Source: a virus (Duplodnaviria > Caudoviricetes). Taken from it: 57,754 nucleotides of DNA. The notes beneath the pieces are model-generated. The model searched no databases. It was not told the origin of the DNA and worked only from the letters and a program-made list of their open reading frames with translations. Shown here piece after piece: positions 17,687-27,299 of this stretch. The stretch spans positions 1-57,754 of IMG/VR virus record IMGVR_UViG_3300032897_000006. One strand, written 5' to 3'. Both the position numbers and the translations under genes were made by a program. Every line of letters begins with the position of its first letter. The stretch's first letter is position 1.

Positions 17687-17968
17687 ATGAAAAATACCAT
17701 CAAACAGGCTGAAATTATCAAACCTTTTGGAGATTATAAAACGCCTGGACCGAATGAAAATGTCATAGCGATATTGCGAAAAACATTGGAAGAGGCGGAG
17801 AGAGGTGAAATTGTCGCGGTTGCGATTGCCTCGATTTGCTCCGGCGGATTTGTTGGCGTGAGATTTGAAGTAGGAAGCCGTGGAACGTCCGAAATTGTTG
17901 GCGCGGTGACAGTGTTGCAGCACGATATTTTGTCAGATTGGAAATTCAGGGACAATGACGCCATCTGA
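17687..17968 (+). CDS. Hypothetical protein
   Basis: Coupled ORF. Confidence 0.65.
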   Translation: MKNTIKQAEIIKPFGDYKTPGPNENVIAILRKTLEEAERGEIVAVAIASICSGGFVGVRFEVGSRGTSEIVGAVTVLQHDILSDWKFRDNDAI

Positions 17969-18212
17969 GCTAGAATTAAGGGGACAGCTTCTCTACGGCC
18001 GGCAATGGCAAGGTGATCTTGCGAGGAACATAGGTGTTTCCAGAACGGCAGTAGTCAGATGGAAAATCGGCCGGACAAAAATTAAGCCAGAAATTGAGGA
18101 AAAAATAGAGGAATTGCTGGCCAAGCGTGTCCGCATGATTCACAGTATTATTGCCGCAAATTCCAAAAGGGAAACAAAGATAACCAAAAAATGCTGCAAG
18201 TTTGCTGCATAA
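17955..18212 (+). CDS. HTH DNA-binding protein
   Basis: LYGRQWQGDLARNIGVSRTAVVRW. Confidence 0.75.
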   Translation: MTPSELELRGQLLYGRQWQGDLARNIGVSRTAVVRWKIGRTKIKPEIEEKIEELLAKRVRMIHSIIAANSKRETKITKKCCKFAA

Positions 18213-18337
18213 ATCACACGTCCATCTTATTCTTTTGACGATTCAATAATAACGGAAATAGTAAAGCCACGCCGATATGGGCGGACACAACGGGACCGGC
18301 AAAGCCGGTGTCCCCTTCATGAGAAGGAGTGTGGATC

Positions 18338-18376
18338 ATGGCCAAGCGCAAGATGCACCGTGGCAAGCGGAAGTAA
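18338..18376 (+). CDS. 12-aa basic peptide MAKRKMHRGKRK
   Basis: AAGGAG RBS; paralog at 18441. Confidence 0.65.
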   Translation: MAKRKMHRGKRK

Positions 18377-18440
18377 TAGACATTCAGACCTGATCTGAAT
18401 GCCATTCCCCCTCAACATCGTCATCTTAAGGATTTTCAAC

Positions 18441-18479
18441 ATGGCACGGCGTAAAGGACATCGCGGCAAGCGCAAGTAA
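18441..18479 (+). CDS. 12-aa basic peptide MARRKGHRGKRK
   Basis: AAGGA RBS; paralog at 18338. Confidence 0.65.
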   Translation: MARRKGHRGKRK

Positions 18480-18529
18480 GCCAAAGCGCGGATGCGTAAA
18501 AACCATCCGCATTTTGCCGCAGCAAAACC

Positions 18530-19042
18530 ATGCCCCCCTTTGATGGACAAATCCCCCCTGCTCTAGCCGGCCTTCTAGCCGCCGGCGGTGGAGCGCCCCC
18601 CGGTCCCGGCGGAGCGCCTGGTCCCGTTCCTGGTGGACCTGCGCCGCTTCCTCCGGGGCTTATGGGCGGCCCGCCTGCCATCGGCCCGATGATGGCCCCG
18701 CAGGGCAATCCGGGAAATGCCCTAGCGGCGGTTTCAAAGGTCAAATCGGCCGTCACCCTGCTTCAGGAAGCGCTACCCGCAATTCCCATGGGTTCGGATG
18801 TTCATAATGACGTGCTGAAGGCCGTAGGAATGCTGGCTAAACACGCGGAAAGCCAGCCGGCCACCGATCAATCCCAAATTACCCAACTTATGGCACTGAT
18901 CCAGAAACTTGCCACGCAACAGCCCAATGCGGCGCTTCAGCGTTTGGCACAACCGCCCAATGCACCACCCGCTTTACCCCCACCGCCAGCACCCCCGCCC
19001 GGAGGCCCCGCCGGGGCGCCCGACATGAGCGAGGCGGCATAA
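18530..19042 (+). CDS. Pro/Gly-rich head-region protein
   Basis: Position between portal and scaffold. Confidence 0.7.
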   Translation: MPPFDGQIPPALAGLLAAGGGAPPGPGGAPGPVPGGPAPLPPGLMGGPPAIGPMMAPQGNPGNALAAVSKVKSAVTLLQEALPAIPMGSDVHNDVLKAVGMLAKHAESQPATDQSQITQLMALIQKLATQQPNAALQRLAQPPNAPPALPPPPAPPPGGPAGAPDMSEAA

Positions 19043-19057
19043 CCAGGAGCGAATGTC

Positions 19058-19252
19058 ATGCCCAAAGGTCCAGGCCCCTACGTCAATACGGTTCCCGCCG
19101 AAGGCAAAGACCCGATTCAGAAGATCGTCCCGTTCGATACCATGGGCATCGGCGCAAATCCGGCCGGACTCCCCGCCGGTGCGCGCAATGCCGGCATGGG
19201 ATTGCAGCATTACGGCACCACCACTGACGGCACGAATGGAAAGGGTAACTGA
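19058..19252 (+). CDS. Small head-region protein
   Basis: AGGAG RBS. Confidence 0.65.
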   Translation: MPKGPGPYVNTVPAEGKDPIQKIVPFDTMGIGANPAGLPAGARNAGMGLQHYGTTTDGTNGKGN

Positions 19253-19254
19253 GA

Positions 19255-19863
19255 ATGCCCGCCGATACTCCCGAGGTGGTAGAGATTTCCTCCGCCGATT
19301 TGGCTCTCTACAAGAAAGCCGTGGGGCTGCTTAATCAGCTCACCTCCGACAAAGCCAGCGGTCTCCAGGTGCAGCGCAAGCTCAAAGAGCTTGATCCATC
19401 CCTGAATCTGCCTGGCATTGATGTCGGTGATGCGGTTGTGGCACCGATCCGAGAAGAATTGAGCGCGACTCAGGCGCAGTTGAAGGCGCTCCAGGATGAA
19501 CGCGCCGCCGAAAAAGAAGCAGCGCAGAATGCCAAAATGGAAAAGCAAATTCGGGATTCCATCGGCCGCGCTCAAGAAAAATACAAGCTCACGCCTGAAG
19601 CCACGGATAATCTCATCAAATTCATGAATGAGAAGAATATTGCTGACGCGGAAATCGCCGCACCGGCATACATGGAAACGCTTCCGAAGCCCCCCGCGCC
19701 GATCAAGCCAAACGCCTATGCGCCGCAATACGCCCATCTCTACGGGACCGGCGATGATCGTGGCTCTGATGAGAATATCGCGGCACTGCATAAAGACCCC
19801 TTGAAGTGGTTCGACAGCGAAGTAACGAAAATTCTCAATGAGGGCGCGGCTGACGCCGCATAG
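19255..19863 (+). CDS. Putative capsid scaffold protein
   Basis: Coiled-coil protein immediately before capsid gene. Confidence 0.65.
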   Translation: MPADTPEVVEISSADLALYKKAVGLLNQLTSDKASGLQVQRKLKELDPSLNLPGIDVGDAVVAPIREELSATQAQLKALQDERAAEKEAAQNAKMEKQIRDSIGRAQEKYKLTPEATDNLIKFMNEKNIADAEIAAPAYMETLPKPPAPIKPNAYAPQYAHLYGTGDDRGSDENIAALHKDPLKWFDSEVTKILNEGAADAA

Positions 19864-19873
19864 GAGATAAACC

Positions 19874-20938
19874 GTGTCACAAACATTCTTCACAAGCGGC
19901 GTATCTGGCGGTTTAATGCCAGGCGGCGCGCTTGGCCAACAGCTCACCAATATTACAAACCGCGCTGTTATACCGTCGCTTTTCGTGCAGATTTATCAGT
20001 CTCACCCATTGCTCAGCTTGCTTTTGAGCAATGCGCAATCGGCTCGCGGCGGTGCTTCGCAAATCACGGTTCCGACTCAGGGCAGCAGTTTCACCACATT
20101 CAATTGGGGCAGCTTCGCGGGTGACTTCCCGATGCCGGAAGACCAGGCCGCAATCAATGATGCGTCATTCAATCTTAAAATCGGCATGGTTCCCATCGGC
20201 TTCTTCAACCTGGAAGCCATCGTGCAGTCATCGGACGTGATCATCCCCAAGCTGCGCGCCGTCACAGCGGACGCGGCCGTGGTGATCAAGCAGGCCATCG
20301 CGCAATCCCTATTCACGAATAACACCGCCAATCTGAATGCGCTCGATAGCCTCTACATGGCCTATGACAACGGCACAAATGTTGCCAGCTATGGCGGTAT
20401 CAGCAAGTCGAATTCTTTCTGGCAGGGGCAGTATTACCCCAACCAGGGCGGCATATCGAACATCGCCTCTCGCGTCGGCATGGCCACGATGCTTACCCGC
20501 GTGCAGACCGGCGCCGGCGGTGAAGATGCAGATTTTGCCGTTATGAATCCGGCCGATTGGGCAACGCTCATGGCTGATTTCATGGGATTCGAGCAATACC
20601 AAACCACGCCGCGAAGCCGTTATGGCAAGGGTGATGTGGTGAATTCCGGTTTCCGGGCAATACAGGTTTTAAATACGCCCATATTCCCCGATCCGTGGTG
20701 TCCGCGAGGGGAAATGTATATCATCAACTCTCGCTATCTCGCCATGTATATGTCCGAAGCGGCGCCGTTCATCTTCACCGGCTTTGAATCAATGATCCCG
20801 CTCGGACAGCTTGCCAGCATCGGCGTTCTGCTCACCGCGCTTGATCTTGTCTGCTCCAAACCCTCTTCCGGCGCCCATATCACCGGTCTCGCCGCCCCGG
20901 CCTGGCCGAATGTGCCTGGCCCGCCGGCGGTGCTGTGA
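19874..20938 (+). CDS. Major capsid protein
   Basis: 354 aa; position; YGGIS.S..FW and PIF.DP.CP.G..Y.IN..YL patterns. Confidence 0.8.
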   Translation: MSQTFFTSGVSGGLMPGGALGQQLTNITNRAVIPSLFVQIYQSHPLLSLLLSNAQSARGGASQITVPTQGSSFTTFNWGSFAGDFPMPEDQAAINDASFNLKIGMVPIGFFNLEAIVQSSDVIIPKLRAVTADAAVVIKQAIAQSLFTNNTANLNALDSLYMAYDNGTNVASYGGISKSNSFWQGQYYPNQGGISNIASRVGMATMLTRVQTGAGGEDADFAVMNPADWATLMADFMGFEQYQTTPRSRYGKGDVVNSGFRAIQVLNTPIFPDPWCPRGEMYIINSRYLAMYMSEAAPFIFTGFESMIPLGQLASIGVLLTALDLVCSKPSSGAHITGLAAPAWPNVPGPPAVL

Positions 20939-20969
20939 ACCAATGACTGCTAATCAGGAGATATAGGAA

Positions 20970-22049
20970 ATGCCCATTCGCTTTGGCGGTCCTGGTGTCA
21001 CAAACACCCTCGCGGACCTCACCTCTAATCAGTTTGCCTTGCAGGCGGGCGGTGTCTGGACGCCGCCGGCTAATGGTTATTGGGCCACGTTGGGGCGCTA
21101 TACGCAGCTCCAGCAATATGATCCAATCACCACCACCTGGGAGCCAGTTTCAGGAAACAAAAAAAATATCTTTTTTTCCGCTGACGGCGTAAACCAGCGC
21201 TTTGCCAACACCTCCGGGTGCGTGGTCGGTGCCTATCTCACCAATGCCGGTTCAGGCTATACCTCGGCCCCCACCGTCACCACCACCACGGGCGCTACCT
21301 TGCTCGCCATCGTCGGCGGCGCGGTGAATACGACTGTCACCGTTACCTATGGCGGCAGCAATTACACTCAGCCGCCCGATGTCTTTTTCTCCGCCCCGCC
21401 CTCGCCTGGCGTCCCGGCGACCGGCTATGCCACCATTTCCGGCGGCGTCGTGACCAGTATTACCGTCACCAACCAGGGCGCCGGCTATACCTTCCCGCCC
21501 ACCGTCAGTTTCTTCAATGATCCGCGTGATACCACGGGCGCGAATGCCGCAGCCGTCGCCACATTGACCGGCGCCGGGACCGTTACGGCGGTTCTCGTCA
21601 CCAATCATGGAAATCCCACCACTTCTGTTCCAACCCTCACCTTCGCCAATGGCGGCGGCACGGGTGCGGCGGCAACGGCGATCATGAACTTTGCCGTTAC
21701 CGCTTTTGGCATCTCCACGGCGGGTGCCGGCTACACGGCGGCGGCTGGCTTCGTCACCCTGAGCGCCACACCGACTCCCGTGGCTCTCGGCACCTCATCG
21801 GCCTATCTCAATCCTTCCACCCAGGCTGATATTGTGACAATGCGACCGGCTATTGTGGCCACTACCGCAAGCTCCGCCGGCGCACTCTCCACCACGAACC
21901 AAACCGTCATTGATGGCGGTTCATACGAGAGCATACCGGCCGTTGGCTCCATCAACGTGACATTCAACGGCATCATCACCACGGCGGCGGTGTTCACTGT
22001 CTCCGTGGGCGGTCTTAACGACAACGAGAATTATATCTATCCGTCTTAA
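20970..22049 (+). CDS. Virion structural/decoration protein with GSGY repeats
   Basis: T/G/V-rich, repeated G.GYT..P.V; lies before the post-capsid terminator. Confidence 0.65.
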   Translation: MPIRFGGPGVTNTLADLTSNQFALQAGGVWTPPANGYWATLGRYTQLQQYDPITTTWEPVSGNKKNIFFSADGVNQRFANTSGCVVGAYLTNAGSGYTSAPTVTTTTGATLLAIVGGAVNTTVTVTYGGSNYTQPPDVFFSAPPSPGVPATGYATISGGVVTSITVTNQGAGYTFPPTVSFFNDPRDTTGANAAAVATLTGAGTVTAVLVTNHGNPTTSVPTLTFANGGGTGAAATAIMNFAVTAFGISTAGAGYTAAAGFVTLSATPTPVALGTSSAYLNPSTQADIVTMRPAIVATTASSAGALSTTNQTVIDGGSYESIPAVGSINVTFNGIITTAAVFTVSVGGLNDNENYIYPS

Positions 22050-22066
22050 CGTCGTGCCAGACGATG

Positions 22067-22105
22067 AAAAGCCCGGCGTGCATTGAATCGCCGCTGGGCT
22101 TTTTA
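22067..22105 (+). terminator. Terminator after capsid genes
   Basis: AAAAGCCCGGCG...CGCTGGGCTTTTT. Confidence 0.7.
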
Positions 22106-22120
22106 TTTGGAGCCTGTGGA

Positions 22121-22876
22121 GTGCAGCTCAGCCAGTACATCACCGATACACAATCCTTGCTCCACGATAATTTGGGGCTGCTCACGCCTGTTTCTCAGCT
22201 TACAACCTGGATCAATGAGGCAAGGCGGCAAGTTGCCTATGCCACGGGCTGCATCAATCTCCTGGCTACCGGCCTCGCTCCGAACGGCAATGCCGCGCAG
22301 CCTGGTTCAATGGTGCCAGGTGGATTTACGCCTGGTAGCCCGCCTACCCCGCCTTTCAATACCATCGTCAATCAGGAAAAATACCCATTCTCGATGGCCT
22401 TGGAGATCATCCAGAACACCAATGCCGGCATCCAATATGTGACCGATATTACCTCCCTGGCAATATCATGGGGATCAATGCGGCCAGCCCTGAATTATAT
22501 GCCGTGGGATGATTTTCAGGCTTATGCCAGGTCATATAACTACATCGTCTCCAGCTATCCTCTTGTTTGGGCGACGGATGGCGATGGCGTGAACGCTAAT
22601 GTTTGGCTTTGGCCCGTGCCAAGCCAATCCTTGGAAATGGAGTGGCAATGCCGATGCACACCATCCGCTCTGGTCACGGATAGCGATTACGACGCCATTC
22701 CTCACCCTTTTGAAAATTCCGTAAAATATTATTCGGCATATCTTGCCTATTTGGGGACTCAACGTCCCCAACAAGCCGAGTTAATGCTTCAACTTTGGCA
22801 ATCCTCACTTGGAAGAAACAGAGCGTCAACAGAACATGGGAGAGTGGTCGATTGGTACAATTCCATGAGTTACTAA
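22121..22876 (+). CDS. Head-tail adaptor protein
   Basis: L..WINEA, LWPVP, D..IP...YY.AY.A patterns; GTG start. Confidence 0.65.
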   Translation: MQLSQYITDTQSLLHDNLGLLTPVSQLTTWINEARRQVAYATGCINLLATGLAPNGNAAQPGSMVPGGFTPGSPPTPPFNTIVNQEKYPFSMALEIIQNTNAGIQYVTDITSLAISWGSMRPALNYMPWDDFQAYARSYNYIVSSYPLVWATDGDGVNANVWLWPVPSQSLEMEWQCRCTPSALVTDSDYDAIPHPFENSVKYYSAYLAYLGTQRPQQAELMLQLWQSSLGRNRASTEHGRVVDWYNSMSY

Positions 22877-23021
22877 TGACCCAGCAATTTGCAAATCATC
22901 TTGGCGTTTTCTGCCCTCTGTTCATCTGTAAATGGGAGATGAAAACCTGGTTTAGACTGCCTAACGGCACTAGCAATTTTAGTCATGCGTCACTCTTTAC
23001 TGAGATTCGGAATGGATAGCA

Positions 23022-25316
23022 ATGGCACGCCGCAGCCAATCAGATGAATTGGGAATCCCTACAGGACTCCAGATTTATTCCTCGTTTCCGTTTGCCGGAT
23101 TGAATCTGTCTTCATCCAGGCCTGCTATCAGGGACCAGGAATTCTACAATATTGAGAATTTCGTGCGCGTTGGTGACGGTTTTCTCAGAACTCTTTGGGA
23201 TAAAGGCTCGCCAATTTACACGGTCCCTGGAAACCAAACCATCATTAACGCATATTTTTACAACATAGCAACAATCCAATATGTTGTGGTCTTCCTATCT
23301 GATGGAACGGCCTATCAAGTACAGATTTCAAATGGCGCAATCACAACCATTTCTTCCACAGCAGGAACATTCTATTCATCCGGCGGGAGTCTTCCTGGAT
23401 GCAATCAATGGGGATCACAATATCTGCTCATCGGCAATAACAATGGTCAAAATTCATATTGGGTTTGGGATGGAGCTATCCTTTATAGCTCAGGAAGCAT
23501 ATCTCCAATCATCACCATAACCGATGGAGGTTCAGGTTATTCCTTCTCTCCAACAGTTACGGCTTATGGCGGAGAGGGGTCAGGTGCGACATTTACCGCC
23601 ACGGTTGAAAACGGTTCTGTTGTCGCCGTAAATGTCACAAATCCAGGCAGCGGCTATCAGCCAATAGACTACGTTCAACTCGCTTTCTCTGGCGGCGGCT
23701 CAAGTAATTCTGCCATTATACAAACAACTCTTGGAACAAGGGCCATAGAAACAATTGTTTTGACGGCAGGAGGAACAGGATATACCTCGCCACCAACTGT
23801 AAATATAACAGGCGGCGGCGGAACAGGCGCGACGGCTACCGCTAGTCTTACCGGAACATCAGTCAGTTCGATTACCTTAAATACCGCAGGCAGCGGATAC
23901 ACGACGACTCCCGTAATAACATTTACCGGCGGTGGCGGTACAGGTGCCGCAGCATATGCCTCGGTGATAGGAAGCGGTGTTGCAACCATATACATTGTGA
24001 GAGGCGGAAGCGGTTATGGCGAAGCACCTACTCTAACCATCGTAGGCGGCGGCGGAACAGGCGCCACCGCTACATGCACCGTCAGCAATGGCGTGATAAA
24101 TTCCGTCACCCTTACAGATGGAGGAAATAACAATTACACCACTCCGCCTTCAGTAGAAATTGAATCAGCCGTCAACCAGGCAGCAAGCGCCACTGTTCAA
24201 TTGATGCCTTATGGAATAAGCGGAACCACGATTGAGACATTCCAAAGCAGGGTTTGGTTGGCAAACGCCTACACGCCGCCAACAAATTCCGCATCCATGA
24301 ACAACGGCAATAAAATGTTTGTTTCCGCACCTGGATCAATTTCTGATTTTGCGACCAGCGATGGCGGATTGATATTCACGGCATCGGACAGATTTTTGAA
24401 ACAGAACTATGTAGCTCTCCAGCAAACCAATGGATACCTTTATCCTATCGGAGATTCATCGGTCTCCATCATCTCTGGCGTGACGACAAGCGGCAATCCG
24501 CCCACGACAACTTTCAGCTACCAGAACACCGATCCACAGGTAGGAACCTCTTTCCGGGATTCATGCCAGGACTTTGGAAGGACCGTTGTTTTTGCCAATC
24601 CTCTTGGCGTGTATGGTCTTTACGGAGGATCGGTCACAAAAATAAGCCAGCCTCTTGATCCCCTGTTTTCCTTTGCATCATTTCCGCCATCTGCCGGCGC
24701 TCTAACGCCAACATCGGCCGTAGCCAATATATATGGCGGTAAATATTACATATTGTTAATGACACTGCTCGATCCGATAACATTCACTTATCAAAACAAG
24801 ATGATCGTTTGGGATGAAGAAAGCTGGTTTGTCGCCTCACAAACCGCAGATTTGACATTCATTTTGACGCAAGAGGTTAATTCTAATCTGACGGCCTGGG
24901 GATCGGACGGAACATCGCTATATCCTCTGTTCCAAACGCCAAATTCCGCCCTGACAAAATCCATTTCCACAAAACTATTTGGCGGGAATAATCCGATTAT
25001 CGCAAAAGAAGCCTATACGGTCATGCTGCAATCGGTAAACACAGGGTCTTTTGGATCACCGGTCACTTTCACGATCTCCCTGGACACGGATGGCGGCACG
25101 TATCCAATTGGAACCTATACATTTTCTCTGTCCAGCGGATATGAATTTGGGTATCCATTTTTTGTTACAGGACTTACCAATGCCGTTGGCATATATCTAG
25201 GCGTAAGTTTATCGACAACAGATGCAGATGTTACCATAAACTATCTAGGACTTACGTATATTCCATCGTCTTTCCAAATTGGCTCTATCGGTCTCGTTGT
25301 TCCAGGACAAACATGA
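23022..25316 (+). CDS. Tail nozzle/stabilisation protein with inserted GSGY repeats
   Basis: 764 aa after adaptor; multiple GG.GY...P.V.I.GGGG.GA repeats. Confidence 0.65.
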   Translation: MARRSQSDELGIPTGLQIYSSFPFAGLNLSSSRPAIRDQEFYNIENFVRVGDGFLRTLWDKGSPIYTVPGNQTIINAYFYNIATIQYVVVFLSDGTAYQVQISNGAITTISSTAGTFYSSGGSLPGCNQWGSQYLLIGNNNGQNSYWVWDGAILYSSGSISPIITITDGGSGYSFSPTVTAYGGEGSGATFTATVENGSVVAVNVTNPGSGYQPIDYVQLAFSGGGSSNSAIIQTTLGTRAIETIVLTAGGTGYTSPPTVNITGGGGTGATATASLTGTSVSSITLNTAGSGYTTTPVITFTGGGGTGAAAYASVIGSGVATIYIVRGGSGYGEAPTLTIVGGGGTGATATCTVSNGVINSVTLTDGGNNNYTTPPSVEIESAVNQAASATVQLMPYGISGTTIETFQSRVWLANAYTPPTNSASMNNGNKMFVSAPGSISDFATSDGGLIFTASDRFLKQNYVALQQTNGYLYPIGDSSVSIISGVTTSGNPPTTTFSYQNTDPQVGTSFRDSCQDFGRTVVFANPLGVYGLYGGSVTKISQPLDPLFSFASFPPSAGALTPTSAVANIYGGKYYILLMTLLDPITFTYQNKMIVWDEESWFVASQTADLTFILTQEVNSNLTAWGSDGTSLYPLFQTPNSALTKSISTKLFGGNNPIIAKEAYTVMLQSVNTGSFGSPVTFTISLDTDGGTYPIGTYTFSLSSGYEFGYPFFVTGLTNAVGIYLGVSLSTTDADVTINYLGLTYIPSSFQIGSIGLVVPGQT

Positions 25317-25318
25317 TG

Positions 25319-25894
25319 TCACAGCCATGCCCAGGTTTCCCGTTCTCTTATTTGTCTAACGCATTGGCGAGATATTCCGTATTTTTTTGCAATTTCAAAT
25401 TGTTTCATCTTTCCTATAAGACCTCTAATTTCCAATACTTTTTCGTTTGTAAGTTTTGCGTTTCCATGCCTCTCTCCGAGACAAGAAGTGCCGTGGAAAA
25501 CGGAATCTTCATAGTTTTCAGAAGCAGTACCCCATTTCAAATGTTTAGGAGAAACGCAACCAATATTTCCATTTCCGCATATATGCCTGCAATGTATTTT
25601 AGAAGAACCAGACGGACCATTCGTTGCTTCACAAATAATTCTATGAACAGTGTTCATTTTTCCATTTATCCATACTTTACCGTGTCCAAATTGAGTTTTC
25701 CCATACGGCCATATCAGACACTCTTCTCCATCATAAGATTTGGCTTTTTCCATAAACTCAATAAGTTTACTGCGATAATGTCCAGATGGATCGCCATATT
25801 TTTTCCACTGCTTCCAATGGGCAGCGCACCAACCACGAGCTTTAATTTTCTTGCCGCAGCTTGGTATTGAGCATATTTTTTGATCGAACATCAT
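25319..25894 (-). CDS. HNH endonuclease, inverted in late operon
   Basis: CSIPSC..C..HW, VHR..C, RH.CGN..CV.P.HL.WGT..EN, C-terminal HTH. Confidence 0.9.
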   Translation of the reverse strand: MMFDQKICSIPSCGKKIKARGWCAAHWKQWKKYGDPSGHYRSKLIEFMEKAKSYDGEECLIWPYGKTQFGHGKVWINGKMNTVHRIICEATNGPSGSSKIHCRHICGNGNIGCVSPKHLKWGTASENYEDSVFHGTSCLGERHGNAKLTNEKVLEIRGLIGKMKQFEIAKKYGISRQCVRQIRERETWAWL

Positions 25895-25965
25895 ATCCTA
25901 CTAAATAAAATCGGTTTATTTTTATACTGAGTAACATGATGTATGTCAAAAAAGGAGAATGAAAA

Positions 25966-26268
25966 ATGTCTAAACTACCAGTGTATAATTCTAAGGGCCA
26001 GATAAATTGGCCAGGCATGGTTGAAACCAGCCAGCCAGACGTTCCGGCGAATGCCAGCCGCGTTCAAAACCCACTTGGCATGGTGTCTGAGGCACCTCCA
26101 GGAACGATTTACACGGATGAATGCGGAGGTGCTGGCGGAGATGGTTGTCAATATAATTGGCCGCCCATGAGCAGCGGCGAAAAATGGAATAGCAATCCAA
26201 TGCGCAAGCCTCCTAATGGATTCATGGATGGGCCGATTCTCAGCGTGTCGGTGAAAAAGCGCAAATGA
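25966..26268 (+). CDS. Hypothetical protein
   Basis: AGGAG RBS. Confidence 0.65.
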   Translation: MSKLPVYNSKGQINWPGMVETSQPDVPANASRVQNPLGMVSEAPPGTIYTDECGGAGGDGCQYNWPPMSSGEKWNSNPMRKPPNGFMDGPILSVSVKKRK

Positions 26269-26852
26269 GTACGTCTCAACTTTGGAATTCGCCAGATACT
26301 CCAAATGAATTAGCCATTTGGAGTACGGCAAATTACGTTGATCACACCGATATAAACTACGCGATAAGCCGGAAAAGCAGCATTGTTGCGTCACTATCCA
26401 TTGTTGCGGCTGGTTCAGGCTATACCTCGGCTCCCACCGTCACCATTGGCCCTCCTGATCTGCCAGGAGGCATCCAGGCGACGGCGGATTTTACTATCGT
26501 CAGCAGCATGTTACAGTTAAATCTCACAAATCCTGGTATCGGATATAGCCAGGCACCGAAAGTGACCGTTACCGGCGGCGGCGGAACCGGCCTGGAGGTG
26601 CAGGCGACCGTAAATTATATCTCGCTCCAGGTTTTCCAGCTTGATCCGATCCCCCTTAACGATCTTGGAACCTGGAATACCAACCATCAGCTTATCCATC
26701 AGCAGATGCTCGCCGCCGTAAATCAGCAATCCAGCGATCTTGGAAATTTTGATCCTACAAATCAGGAAGGCATGGACGAATATATTTTTGATCATGTCCA
26801 GGACCATAATTCAGCCCGGAATGCGCTCACCGGCTACTTGCCAACGGGATAA
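26265..26852 (+). CDS. Virion protein with GSGY module
   Basis: GSGYTSAPTVTI repeat unit. Confidence 0.65.
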   Translation: MSTSQLWNSPDTPNELAIWSTANYVDHTDINYAISRKSSIVASLSIVAAGSGYTSAPTVTIGPPDLPGGIQATADFTIVSSMLQLNLTNPGIGYSQAPKVTVTGGGGTGLEVQATVNYISLQVFQLDPIPLNDLGTWNTNHQLIHQQMLAAVNQQSSDLGNFDPTNQEGMDEYIFDHVQDHNSARNALTGYLPTG

Positions 26853-26855
26853 ACC

Positions 26856-27299
26856 ATGGACTGCTCGAATTACCCCATTTTAAGGCCCATGACAGTCATA
26901 GATTTTGACGAAGCTATAATCCTGGCGATGGACAAATACCGTAAATTTCACCCCCGCCTGTCATATGAAGGGGCGTGGGATTTTTGCATGCAGGCCTCAC
27001 AAAATCCTGGGTATCTTCTCATTCGCGGCAATGATGTATTTTTTTGCGCGATGGCCATTGAATCATTCATGGAGCCGAGGCCGACAGTTGGCGCGATCTT
27101 CCTATTCACAAAGCGCACGAATTTGCGTGAGGTGTTGGCGGCTTTGGATGCCATGGAGGCCTTTGCCCGCCGTATTGGCGCCGTGGAATGTGGCTGGGGT
27201 AATATCAATGGCGACGATTTGACTCCCATAGCTCATAAACGGGGGTATAAGCACGCAAGCCAATATTTCTCAAAATCTCTCATTGGAGGGATGCAGTAA
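26856..27299 (+). CDS. GNAT-like protein
   Basis: Size, alpha/beta pattern and usual podovirus position before ejection genes. Confidence 0.5.
   Translation: MDCSNYPILRPMTVIDFDEAIILAMDKYRKFHPRLSYEGAWDFCMQASQNPGYLLIRGNDVFFCAMAIESFMEPRPTVGAIFLFTKRTNLREVLAALDAMEAFARRIGAVECGWGNINGDDLTPIAHKRGYKHASQYFSKSLIGGMQ

Noticed and set aside
18270-18320. c-di-GMP-I riboswitch (GCAAAGCC)
   Set aside because: Lacks the GGCAAAC P2 stem and tetraloop/receptor; only a simple hairpin
25313-25870. Plus-strand 185-aa ORF
   Set aside because: Shadow of the minus-strand HNH gene
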